Positions 15,351-23,783 of a DNA stretch of 34,723 nt are shown piece after piece. This DNA comes from a bacterium (GTDB taxonomy: Bacteria > Patescibacteriota > Minisyncoccia > Phycocordibacterales > CALRBL01). Within the stretch, counting starts at the first letter, position 1; every line of letters begins with the position of its first letter. A model generated the notes under the pieces. That model was not told the origin of the DNA. It saw only the letters and a program-made list of their open reading frames with translations, and ran no database searches. The stretch lies in contig JAYTST010000009.1 in the NCBI GenBank assembly GCA_043745565.1, forward strand, positions 1-34,723, in the 5' to 3' direction. A program made the translations under genes and the position numbers.

Positions 15351-16361
15351 ATGAAAAGAAAGAAAGAATCCTTAATGTTGGCGTGTATTCTTCAAAAGAT
15401 TGCACCTCGAATCGGAGCTAAAGTCATAATCGAGCCCGAGTGGAAAATCGTTGGACAGATCACCTTTAAAAGTGGACGGCGATCGTATTTTCGCTATAAC
15501 ACCCTCGATCTCAACCCGATGGGTGGGTCAGAAATCGCGCGTGATAAAGACTACTCGAACTTTTTTATGGCGGGAATGGGTTATCCAATTGTTCCAGGTT
15601 CACATGCATTTTACTCAGAACACTGGGCAAAAGCCATTGGCGCTTCTCGACGAAACATTGATGCTGCCTACCACCATGCACGAAGGCTCGGCTTTCCTGT
15701 TGTGGTCAAGCCAAACAGTGGCAGCCAAGGCGTCGGTGTGTCGATAGTGAGAAACAAACGCGAGTTTTATCGTGCGGTAAAGGGAATATTTCGCACAGAT
15801 CGCATTGTATTGGTACAAAAGCCTGTCGAAGGTAAGGATTATCGCCTCGTTGTCCTTGATAACGAAATTATCTCTGCCTACGAACGGATTCCTCTCAATG
15901 TTATTGGTGATGGAAAGTCGAGTATTATAAAACTGCTTCGCCAAAAGCAAAAGCAATTTGTTGCATCGAGTCGTGACACGCGCATCAAAATAAAAGATCC
16001 GCGAATCGCACTCAAGTTGAAGCATCAAAAACTTACCTTTCGATCAATCATTAAGAAAGGTGAACACGTGTTTCTTCTCGACAACGCTAACCTATCAACA
16101 GGCGGCGACTCGATTGATGTAAGCCACATTGTCCATCCCGAGTTCAAAAAGGTAGCGATAAATTTGACCCGCGACATGGGACTCCGACTCTGCGGAGTTG
16201 ACCTAATGATCGAAGGCGACATTAGTAAAAACCCGAAAGTCTTCTATGTACTGGAGATCAACTCTGCTCCTGGTCTCGATCACTACGCCAAAATTGGCCG
16301 TGCTCAAGAAAAAATCGTCGAGGATTTGTACATGAAGGTTCTTCGACACATGGATCATTAA
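15351..16361 (+). CDS. Stand-alone ATP-grasp ligase resembling the ATP-grasp (G) domain of cyanophycin synthetase / RimK-type ligases
   Basis: IARDKDYSNFFM..GYPIVPG, GFPVVVKPNSGSQGVGVSIV, VQKPVEGKDYRLVVLDNEIISAYERIPLNVIGDGKSSI, NLSTGGDSIDVSHIVHP, LCGVDLMI and LEINSAPGL. The ATG at 15351 is preferred to the upstream TTG at 15258. Confidence 0.7.
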   Translation: MKRKKESLMLACILQKIAPRIGAKVIIEPEWKIVGQITFKSGRRSYFRYNTLDLNPMGGSEIARDKDYSNFFMAGMGYPIVPGSHAFYSEHWAKAIGASRRNIDAAYHHARRLGFPVVVKPNSGSQGVGVSIVRNKREFYRAVKGIFRTDRIVLVQKPVEGKDYRLVVLDNEIISAYERIPLNVIGDGKSSIIKLLRQKQKQFVASSRDTRIKIKDPRIALKLKHQKLTFRSIIKKGEHVFLLDNANLSTGGDSIDVSHIVHPEFKKVAINLTRDMGLRLCGVDLMIEGDISKNPKVFYVLEINSAPGLDHYAKIGRAQEKIVEDLYMKVLRHMDH

Positions 16362-16379
16362 ATTCTATAAAGACCAGTT

Positions 16380-16417
16380 ACCGCCGGAGCCACAAACCTC
16401 CGGCGGTTTTTTATTTT
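16380..16417 (+). terminator. Rho-independent terminator after the ATP-grasp gene
   Basis: Stem accgccggag / ctccggcggt with loop ccacaaa, followed by tttttatttt. Confidence 0.75.
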
Positions 16418-16504
16418 CTTTTTACAACTCTCTGACACAGTTACGCTTTGATTGAAATATTAAAACGTTATGGTACTATCGTAACTACTTCGCATGAAGT
16501 ATAT

Positions 16505-16577
16505 CCTCTCGTAGCTCAGTCGGTAGAGCGGCTCCCTTTTAAGGAGATGGTCGTAGGTTCGATTCCTACCGAGAGGA
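16505..16577 (+). tRNA. tRNA-Lys (anticodon TTT)
   Basis: CCTCTCGTAGCTCAGTCGGTAGAGCGGCTCCCTTTTAAGGAGATGGTCGTAGGTTCGATTCCTACCGAGAGGA. Anticodon loop CTTTTAA. Confidence 0.9.
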
Positions 16578-16581
16578 CACG

Positions 16582-17319
16582 TTACAGTCTAAGTATCCAC
16601 TTCTCCATCTCATTCCAAAGGTCAACTGTTCCGCGATGAGCTTCATGGTACATGGTGACGAGATTAAAAAGCATGGTGTTGATTTCGGATTCCGTGTAAA
16701 AGCGGAGAGCTTGTTTGCTTTTAGTAAATACAAAAGGTGAAATACCTGCTTGCCCGCTGAGCAAGAGGGCTTCAGCGTCATCCTTGGTTTTAGAAACTGT
16801 TGCCAAAGTTTTAACTTGCCACCACAACAAACCATGAACCTCTTCGGGTGCACCACCACGCCTTTTTGCTTCAAGTAAAAGTGCCCAAGTCTTTTTCTTA
16901 TCTTTAGAATTAAATGCATCAGAAAGTGCAAAAGGATTGTAATCGCTTTTCTTTTTTTCTTTCTCGCTCTCAAATGCTTGGATTTTCGTAGAATATTTTT
17001 CGAAGATTGTCAGTGTTTTCTTATCGACTTCTTTTTCAAGGAAAATAAAGACATTGTCGCTTGCTGTAATTTCTTTTATATAACCCACAACCATTTCCTT
17101 AACTTCTTTTGACTCAAAGAGGTTGTCAAAAAAGACAATATATTTTGACTCAAAAAGCCCTTGCCCCGACACAAGACCGTCCAATGAGTTATCTTTGAAA
17201 TTTAATGCGTTGATACGAAAAAAGACGGCATCAGGTTTTTTCTTCTGAAGCGTTTCGGTGAGTTCGCGCGCTTTAAGGCGTGCTTTTTCGTGTTCATTGC
17301 CGTAGAGAAAATAAATCAT
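16582..17319 (-). CDS. holA: Probable DNA polymerase III delta subunit (short form)
   Basis: MIYFLYGNEHEKARLKAREL N-terminus typical of HolA, no P-loop, helical C-terminus. Sits directly downstream of polA. At 245 aa it is shorter than usual. Confidence 0.5.
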   Translation of the reverse strand: MIYFLYGNEHEKARLKARELTETLQKKKPDAVFFRINALNFKDNSLDGLVSGQGLFESKYIVFFDNLFESKEVKEMVVGYIKEITASDNVFIFLEKEVDKKTLTIFEKYSTKIQAFESEKEKKKSDYNPFALSDAFNSKDKKKTWALLLEAKRRGGAPEEVHGLLWWQVKTLATVSKTKDDAEALLLSGQAGISPFVFTKSKQALRFYTESEINTMLFNLVTMYHEAHRGTVDLWNEMEKWILRL

Positions 17320-17325
17320 ATTACT

Positions 17326-19695
17326 TTACAGTTCCGCCCAATTATTACCGACATGTGAATGAGCGAGGATGGGAACACCTTTAGCCTGTTCTTTTGTGAA
17401 TACTGATTCCATGATCTTTTTAATTTCAGTTGCAATTTCATCGACGTATTCTTCTTTAATTTCATATATCAACTCATCATGAACCTGAAGCAAAAGATGA
17501 GCTACTTCACTTTTTTTATTTTTCTTCAAATACTCATCAATGCGTGACATTGAAAGTTTAATAATATCAGCTTGAGTTCCCTGAATAGGTGCATTGATGG
17601 CCATTCGTTCGGCACTGGCACGCAAGAATGGAAGATGAGATTTGATATCCGGGAAATAACGTCGCCGTCCGAAAAGAGTGGTAGTAAAGCCTTGTTGTCG
17701 TACCTCTTCTTTCACTTTCTCCAAATACGACGTCAGCGTGGTGAAGGTATTAAAATAGTTTTGATAAAATTCTTTTGCCTCGGTGGTTGTTCCACCAATA
17801 TTTGCCTTGAGCGCATTAACACCCATCCCGTACAAAATACCAAAGTTAATTGTTTTCGCTTTACTGCGCATTTCTTTGCTGACCTGCTCAGGTGAAACTC
17901 CAAAAACTTCAGAAGCGACGGCGGCATGAACATCCTGCCCTTCTTTGAAAATGGAAATGAATTTTTCATCCTGAGATAAAAGCGCCGCGATACGAAGATC
18001 GATTTGAGAATAATCAACCGACACAAGTTTGTAGCCCTTTTCTGCAACAAATGCATTTCGGATAGCTCGGCCGAGTTCGGTTTTGGTAGGAATATTTTGA
18101 AGGTTTGGATTCTCGCAACCCATGCGACCAGTTGTTGTTCCAATCTGCAAAAAGTGAGCATGAAGTCGCCCGTCCTCGGCAACCAACTGTGGAATAGTAT
18201 CGATGTATGTGCCGAGAAGTTTCTGAAGCTCGCGATATTCCATAATGAGATCGATGATCGGATGAAGCTCACGCAATTTCAAAAGCTCTGATTCCTTGGT
18301 CGAGCGCGCACCGCCTGCGGTTTTTTTCAGACCCTTTACTGTGAGATTCATTTTATCGAATAGAATTTCACCAAGCTGTTTTGGGGAACTAATATTAAAT
18401 TCTTCGCCAGCCGCATTGTGTATTTCTTTTTCCAAGCAATCAAGTGTTTTGTGATATTTTTCTGAAAGCGTTTTCAAATATGTCACATCGACTTTGATCC
18501 CTCGCTTTTCCATTTCTTTAACAACAGGAATAAGTGGAAGTTCGATTTCGCGGTATACATATTCAAGATTATTTTTAACAATAAGTTCTTCAGCTTTTTT
18601 CATTCCTTCTTCAAGCATGTCAGTCTTTGTAACCACAAGTAAATCATCGAGTGTTGGGTATGAAATATTTGAATCGAGTACATAGACCGCAACCTCAAGC
18701 TCTTTTGAAAGCGGTTCTTCTTTTTCAGATGAGGGATGAGGTGAGACCTCATCGGCGGGAGTAAGCACTTCGCGTAATTTAATGCCGAGGGTTCGAAACT
18801 CCAACTTTTTGAAAAGAGTTTCAGCTTCTTCAACATTGATCGATTCACGAATCATTTTTTCAGGAAGTGTGAAGGTGATCGGCGCATCACGACGAATAGT
18901 TGCGAGCATCTTACTAAAAAGGGCTTCTTCTTCGTTGTCTTTTATTAAACCAATGATGCGCTCGCTGATGCCAGCTTCTTTAAATTTATTATCACTCTTC
19001 TTGAGTTCTTTATACATTTCTTCAATCGTCCCAAATGTAGTGATAAGTGTGGTGGCTGTTTTTTCACCGATTCCCGCAATACCTGGAATATTATCTGATG
19101 GGTCACCTCGCAATCCTTTGTAATCTGGAATAAGTGCGGGTAAAAAACCAAAGCGAGTTTCGACACCTTTTTCATCATATATAATTGTGTCTTTAATTCC
19201 CTTCTTAAGGGTGTACACTTGAACTTTTTTTCCATCGATAAGTTGCAATGTGTCCATGTCTCCTGATGCAATAATAATATTCAAATCTTCGAAGGGGGCC
19301 GAGTTGCTTCCGGAATGACGCACTTGTTCAACAATAGTGCCAAGCATGTCATCGGCTTCAAAACCAGGACAATCGTACATTGGTATGTTGAATGCTTTAA
19401 AAATATCCCGTGATGAATTGAGCTGAGTAATTAAATTATCATCAATTTTTTTGCGTGTGCCTTTGTATTCCTCGTACACTTCATGCCGATGTGTTTTTCC
19501 TTTGAGGTCGTAGCAGGCAACAATGTAATCCGGTGAAAACTCAGTAAGGATTTTCAAAATCATTATCGACAGTCCATAAAGCGCCCCGGTTGGTTCACCT
19601 GATGAAGTGGCGAAGTCGGGCAGCGCGTGATAGGCACGATGAATGAGCGCATGGCTGTCCAGTAATACTAGTGAGAGTGGTTTTTTTGTAGTCAT
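17326..19695 (-). CDS. polA: DNA polymerase I (5' nuclease plus family A polymerase domain)
   Basis: N-terminal LLDSHALIHRAYHA and GIAGIGEKTA (5' nuclease/HhH). Polymerase motifs DYSQIDLRIAA (A), RSKAKTINFGILYGM (B) and QVHDEL (C). 789 aa. Confidence 0.95.
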   Translation of the reverse strand: MTTKKPLSLVLLDSHALIHRAYHALPDFATSSGEPTGALYGLSIMILKILTEFSPDYIVACYDLKGKTHRHEVYEEYKGTRKKIDDNLITQLNSSRDIFKAFNIPMYDCPGFEADDMLGTIVEQVRHSGSNSAPFEDLNIIIASGDMDTLQLIDGKKVQVYTLKKGIKDTIIYDEKGVETRFGFLPALIPDYKGLRGDPSDNIPGIAGIGEKTATTLITTFGTIEEMYKELKKSDNKFKEAGISERIIGLIKDNEEEALFSKMLATIRRDAPITFTLPEKMIRESINVEEAETLFKKLEFRTLGIKLREVLTPADEVSPHPSSEKEEPLSKELEVAVYVLDSNISYPTLDDLLVVTKTDMLEEGMKKAEELIVKNNLEYVYREIELPLIPVVKEMEKRGIKVDVTYLKTLSEKYHKTLDCLEKEIHNAAGEEFNISSPKQLGEILFDKMNLTVKGLKKTAGGARSTKESELLKLRELHPIIDLIMEYRELQKLLGTYIDTIPQLVAEDGRLHAHFLQIGTTTGRMGCENPNLQNIPTKTELGRAIRNAFVAEKGYKLVSVDYSQIDLRIAALLSQDEKFISIFKEGQDVHAAVASEVFGVSPEQVSKEMRSKAKTINFGILYGMGVNALKANIGGTTTEAKEFYQNYFNTFTTLTSYLEKVKEEVRQQGFTTTLFGRRRYFPDIKSHLPFLRASAERMAINAPIQGTQADIIKLSMSRIDEYLKKNKKSEVAHLLLQVHDELIYEIKEEYVDEIATEIKKIMESVFTKEQAKGVPILAHSHVGNNWAEL

Positions 19696-19717
19696 GGTAA
19701 TTATCTTTTTCGCTAAT

Positions 19718-19793
19718 GCTCAACCTGCGAATAATTTTATCTTTTTCAATCGTTTCACTCTGAAAAAATAAAATCATTGCTCCGGTTTAGACT
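19718..19793 (-). repeat. 76-nt duplicated upstream leader, copy 1 (before polA)
   Basis: 72/76 identical to 20292-20367. It ends 22 nt before the polA ATG. Confidence 0.9.
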
Positions 19794-19836
19794 GTTAAAA
19801 ACTTTAGTTTATCAAACGATACTTCCTTAAATACTA

Positions 19837-20271
19837 TCAAAAATTCACTGTTTCGATAGTCCTTGTGTTCTCGTTAACATGTTCGAATTTGATTTCTGGA
19901 AGATTGCTTCCGAGGTATTCTCCCGCCTTTTCTGGCCATTCGATAAAAATAAGACTGTCGGGCGTCGCCAATATTTCTTTAAAATGAATCGGCTCGAGTT
20001 CTTTCGGATTTTCAATGCGATATAAATCGATATGAATAAATTGTTTAAAAAAGGGATGAGTGGTCTGGTAACTTTTCTGGATAACAAATGTGGGACTGTT
20101 AACTGTTTCTTTCACACCCAGAAGTTCTCCGATGTATTTTGAAAAGGTAGTTTTGCCTGCGCCAAGGTTACCTTCAAGACGCACAGTGTGAATATTTTTC
20201 TCCACCAACATGTCAAAGATGCCCTTTGACAGTTGCTTGGTTTCTTCCGGCGAGTGGGAGGTCTGGAGCAT
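19837..20271 (-). CDS. tsaE: tRNA t6A37 biosynthesis ATPase TsaE
   Basis: GNLGAGKTTFSKYI P-loop, NSPTFVI, HIDLYRI and FIEWPE motifs; 144 aa. Confidence 0.85.
   Translation of the reverse strand: MLQTSHSPEETKQLSKGIFDMLVEKNIHTVRLEGNLGAGKTTFSKYIGELLGVKETVNSPTFVIQKSYQTTHPFFKQFIHIDLYRIENPKELEPIHFKEILATPDSLIFIEWPEKAGEYLGSNLPEIKFEHVNENTRTIETVNF
20211..20231. repeat. Near-palindromic hairpin motif, copy 2 (inside the tsaE coding sequence)
   Basis: tgtcaaagatgccctttgaca: 8-bp arms with a 5-nt loop. It encodes SKGIFD of TsaE. Confidence 0.8.
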
Positions 20272-20291
20272 GAGGTGAGTATAACACCATT

Positions 20292-20367
20292 GCTCATCCT
20301 GCGAATAATTTTATCTTTTTCAGTCGCTTCACTCTGAAAAAATAAAATCCTTGCTCCGGTTTAGACT
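20292..20367 (-). repeat. 76-nt duplicated upstream leader, copy 2 (before tsaE)
   Basis: See 19718-19793. It ends 20 nt before the tsaE ATG. Confidence 0.9.
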
Positions 20368-20445
20368 TTCTTTATTTTTAATTACTCAACTAAACATATG
20401 AATAATCACCTTTGAAAGGGTTCGTTGAGGCACTTTTTGTGGTGC

Positions 20446-20489
20446 AAAAATAAAAAAAGCAGGCTTCCGTACGAATACGAAAGCCTGCT
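20446..20489 (-). terminator. Rho-independent terminator of the Pro-rich protein gene
   Basis: Stem agcaggctt / aagcctgct. On the minus strand it is followed by tttttttattttt. It begins ~20 nt after the stop at 20512. Confidence 0.7.
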
Positions 20490-20511
20490 GAGACAGCTTA
20501 GTTTGATTGTT

Positions 20512-21921
20512 TTAGTGACTCACCTTCGCGCGTCCTTGCGGGGCGCGAGGTGCCATTTGAGCAGGAGCACGGAACTGAACAGGCGCAGGCCGTGGGGCTG
20601 GCATCTGAACAGGACGAGGTGCGGGTGGCGCAACGAACCGTTGTGCAACTGGCTGCTGACGTGGCGCTGGTGGAGCAATCCGCTGTGGAGCGGGTTGTGC
20701 CATTGGACGAACCACTGGTATCTGAACAGGACGAGGTGCTGGTGCAACACGTTGTGGTGCGGGCGAAGCAACTGGACGCTGCGCTACTTGGGGTTGAGCC
20801 CGAGGAGCAGCAGGTGCGGGAGCTTCGGGCGAAACTTTCGCCGTAGCAACTTTCTGAACTGGACTGACAACCTCACGAGGTGCAACTGTTGGTGCAACCG
20901 GTTTAACCGAAGCAACAACAATTGGGGTCGACGTAGGTTTTGCAACCATTGGTGGAACCATTGCGGGGTTCGTCTTTACAAGCGCTTTCGCTTGAGTACG
21001 AACCACATCATCCACAACAGGAGTAACCGTCGCATGACCAATTCCGCTTGATGCAGGATTGGTTGAAGCAAGTAACGCGGTGTTCTGAGCAGGTGCTTTC
21101 GCTGCCTGCTGAATGCTGGAATTTCCAGCGACAACAATGTTGCCATTCGCATCGAAGACAGGCTGTCCTGGAAGATGCGAAATGTCGGCAACGATAACTG
21201 GTGGGCAATATGCCGGTGGTACGACCACTGGTGGTTTGCATACCACTGGTGGCTTAACTTTCGGCGGACAAACAACCGGAGCGGCTGGCGCTGTGGGTGT
21301 TTGCACACGTAGATTAACCGGACCAGTACTCGCGTAGGAGGATGACCCTCCGACGGTGATGTTGATCGGCTGCGCTTGCGCGGGCCGTTCAATCTCGATG
21401 ATCCGTTCACGTGGTTGTGGGTAGTAGGGCTGTTGATAGCCACCACCATATCCTCCGTAGGAATTCTGGCGAAAGCTCGCAAGAGTTCCAAACAAGTTCA
21501 AGCCCCGATCAACCCATCCACCCCAATCGACCGACGATTGAGTAGTGGTCTGAGCCACGGTTGCCTGTACTGCAACTTGTTGACCATCATCAGCACGCAT
21601 CATGCGATTTCCGCATGTGTAGCGATAGCAAGGAGTTCCTGCGCTATCGCAATAATAATATCCCGCAGTAATCGTAAAACTTGTGTTTACGCACCGGCCG
21701 GTATTACCGTACTCTTCCATCACGTAACGTTGATTGCAACGAGAATCGTTTTCCCCAATGTACACCTTCTGGTAACCAAGCGTTTCGATTTTACGACGCG
21801 CTTGGCCGAGAGTGCGACAATCGGGTTGATTCTTGACGCAGGGGAAGCCGAACTGATCGGCCATCGCTGCGGTTGTAAGTGAGACTAAAACAAACAAACT
21901 GACAAAGGACTGGATTTTCAT
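20512..21921 (-). CDS. Secreted Cys-rich / Pro-Ala-Val-Gln-rich repeat protein, unknown family (470 codons from the ATG at 21921)
   Basis: The internal ATG gives the signal peptide MKIQSFVSLFVLVSLTTAAMA. The N-terminal domain has ~10 Cys, followed by GYGGGYQQPYYPQP, CPP/KPP motifs and C-terminal APxPRPVQ-type repeats. GC is much higher than in neighbouring genes. The gene has its own terminator. Confidence 0.7.
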   Translation of the reverse strand: MKIQSFVSLFVLVSLTTAAMADQFGFPCVKNQPDCRTLGQARRKIETLGYQKVYIGENDSRCNQRYVMEEYGNTGRCVNTSFTITAGYYYCDSAGTPCYRYTCGNRMMRADDGQQVAVQATVAQTTTQSSVDWGGWVDRGLNLFGTLASFRQNSYGGYGGGYQQPYYPQPRERIIEIERPAQAQPINITVGGSSSYASTGPVNLRVQTPTAPAAPVVCPPKVKPPVVCKPPVVVPPAYCPPVIVADISHLPGQPVFDANGNIVVAGNSSIQQAAKAPAQNTALLASTNPASSGIGHATVTPVVDDVVRTQAKALVKTNPAMVPPMVAKPTSTPIVVASVKPVAPTVAPREVVSPVQKVATAKVSPEAPAPAAPRAQPQVAQRPVASPAPQRVAPAPRPVQIPVVRPMAQPAPQRIAPPAPRQQPVAQRFVAPPAPRPVQMPAPRPAPVQFRAPAQMAPRAPQGRAKVSH

Positions 21922-22057
21922 AACTGAGTATCTTTCTTGGTTTCTGACTTTCTGTATGTGAATTGTTTCCTTTTTGAGAAGTTCCTCCAACCTTGGAGGC
22001 TCAATCGGGATATGCCACCATAATAGCACCTTTTAACACAAAAGTCAAGGAGAAACT

Positions 22058-23761
22058 ATGTCCTACTTGCAGTACAATAAGTACATGGTTCATTTCAACG
22101 AGGACGAACAAAATAGGCGTTTACGCGAGCTTCGAAATAGCGAAGAAGAAGAACTCGCTGAAATCCTTTCTCGAAAATATGGTATAGGCTATATCAACCT
22201 TTCTCGAGTACCTATTAGCACCGATGCACTCGGAACAATTCCCGAAGAAGAAGCAAAAACCTACGGAGTTGCAGGTTTTGCGCTCGTTGGCAAGAAAATT
22301 AGCGTGGGAACTGTATTTCCCCGCGAACAAACTACTAAAGACTTCCTCACCAAGCTCACGGAGAAAGGCTACGTTCCGACACTTTATTTAATTTCTCATG
22401 CAAGTCTTGAAAAAGCATGGTCACGTTATTCTGATATCACGAACGCAAACAAAAGCAAAAAAGGGGCACTCGATATTTCTTCCGAAGAAGTTGAAGAGTT
22501 TTTAAAAGACAACCACAAAATGGATGATATTCGTACCCGCCTTAATGATGCCATCGTTCTTCAAACTTCATATCGTATCTCCCGCATTTTGGTGGTAATC
22601 CTCGCAGGCGCACTTTCACTCAAGTCTTCTGACGTTCACATCGAACCTGAAGAAACATCAGCGCGGGTTCGCTACCGTCTCGACGGAGTTCTTACTGAAG
22701 TAGCTCACTTTGATCATCCAACCTATTCTCTTCTTTTATCGCGTCTCAAACTTCTTTCGAACTTAAAAATAAACATCAAAGAAAATGCCCAAGATGGCCG
22801 CTTTAGTATTCATGTTGCCAAAGATGACATTGAAATTCGTACCTCTACTATTCCTGGAGCGTACGGAGAATCAATCGTTATGCGACTTTTGAATCCGCAA
22901 TCTCTCAATGTTTCGCTTGAAGAAATGGGAATTCCGAGCAACCTGTACCAGCGCCTCATGAAAGAAATTCAGAAACCAAACGGCATGATCCTCACCACAG
23001 GGCCTACTGGTTCTGGAAAAACAACAACTCTGTATTCATTTATGAAAAAAGTGATGACCACCGAAATTAAAATTATTACTATTGAAGATCCGATTGAATA
23101 TCATCTTGAAGGCGTTACCCAAACTCAAGTTGAAGTAAAAAAAGGTTACACCTTCGCACAAGGATTGCGCTCTGCTCTTCGACAAGATCCTGACGTAATT
23201 ATGGTGGGAGAAATTCGCGACAAAGAAACCGCCGAGATTGCGATCAACTCAGCCCTCACGGGTCACTTGGTATTTTCTACTCTTCACACCAACAACGCGG
23301 CGGGGGCTTACACTCGACTAGTGGATCTTGGAATGAACGGCAAAATTATTCCTTCAGCACTTAATGTTGCAATCGCACAACGTCTTGTCCGTCGATTATG
23401 CAAAGAATGTGCACAAAAAATCCCACTTACAGGAGAAGAAGCCACTCGAGTTGCAAAAATTGTTGATCGATTAAAAACGCGAGGACTTTTCGAAGTTGGT
23501 CTCGATACTATTTCTCACTACAAAGCAATAGGTTGTGAAAACTGTCATCACACAGGTTATCGCGGACGTGTTGGTGTGTTTGAAGCAATTTTTAAAGATG
23601 AAGCGATTGAAAATGTCGTGCGCGATAACCCAAGTGAACGTGATATTCAAAAAGCCGCCGAGCCTCAAGGTATCATGACTCTTGCTGAAGACGGTGTGAT
23701 AAAGGTACTGAAAGGTATTACCTCGATCGAAGAGTTGGAGCGAGTAGTTGAGCTAGTGTAG
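22058..23761 (+). CDS. pilB: Type IV pilus assembly ATPase PilB (GspE/PilB family)
   Basis: AGGAG SD before the ATG. Walker A GPTGSGKTTT, Asp box/Walker B DPDVIMVGEIRD, His box LTGHLVFSTLHTN and tetra-Cys CKEC...CENCHHTGY. Confidence 0.9.
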   Translation: MSYLQYNKYMVHFNEDEQNRRLRELRNSEEEELAEILSRKYGIGYINLSRVPISTDALGTIPEEEAKTYGVAGFALVGKKISVGTVFPREQTTKDFLTKLTEKGYVPTLYLISHASLEKAWSRYSDITNANKSKKGALDISSEEVEEFLKDNHKMDDIRTRLNDAIVLQTSYRISRILVVILAGALSLKSSDVHIEPEETSARVRYRLDGVLTEVAHFDHPTYSLLLSRLKLLSNLKINIKENAQDGRFSIHVAKDDIEIRTSTIPGAYGESIVMRLLNPQSLNVSLEEMGIPSNLYQRLMKEIQKPNGMILTTGPTGSGKTTTLYSFMKKVMTTEIKIITIEDPIEYHLEGVTQTQVEVKKGYTFAQGLRSALRQDPDVIMVGEIRDKETAEIAINSALTGHLVFSTLHTNNAAGAYTRLVDLGMNGKIIPSALNVAIAQRLVRRLCKECAQKIPLTGEEATRVAKIVDRLKTRGLFEVGLDTISHYKAIGCENCHHTGYRGRVGVFEAIFKDEAIENVVRDNPSERDIQKAAEPQGIMTLAEDGVIKVLKGITSIEELERVVELV

Positions 23762-23783
23762 TGTCAAAGATGCCCTTTGACAC
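23761..23783. repeat. Near-palindromic hairpin motif, copy 3 (between or overlapping the convergent pilB and ruvC 3' ends)
   Basis: gtgtcaaagatgccctttgacac: perfect 9-bp arms with a 5-nt loop. It overlaps the last base of the pilB stop codon and the last 6 codons of ruvC. Confidence 0.85.

Noticed and set aside
17572-19271. ORFs antisense or out of frame within polA (17572..17895, 17733..18272, 18004..18291, 18494..18685, 18600..18848, 18782..19123, 18945..19271)
   Set aside because: They lie entirely within the well-supported polA reading frame, and their translations are low-complexity with no motifs.
19718-20367. The 76-nt repeat pair as a diversity-generating retroelement template/variable repeat pair
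   Set aside because: Three of the four differences are A-to-N, but one is T-to-C. Both copies are non-coding leaders, and no reverse transcriptase is present in the window.
20425-21882. Many long ORFs in other frames and on the plus strand across the GC-rich gene (for example 20425..21051, 20550..20846, 20976..21491, 21376..21882)
   Set aside because: They arise from stop-codon depletion in GC-rich, repeat-rich DNA. Their translations are Trp/Cys/Arg/Asn-rich nonsense. Only the minus-strand frame has a signal peptide, a start context and a terminator.
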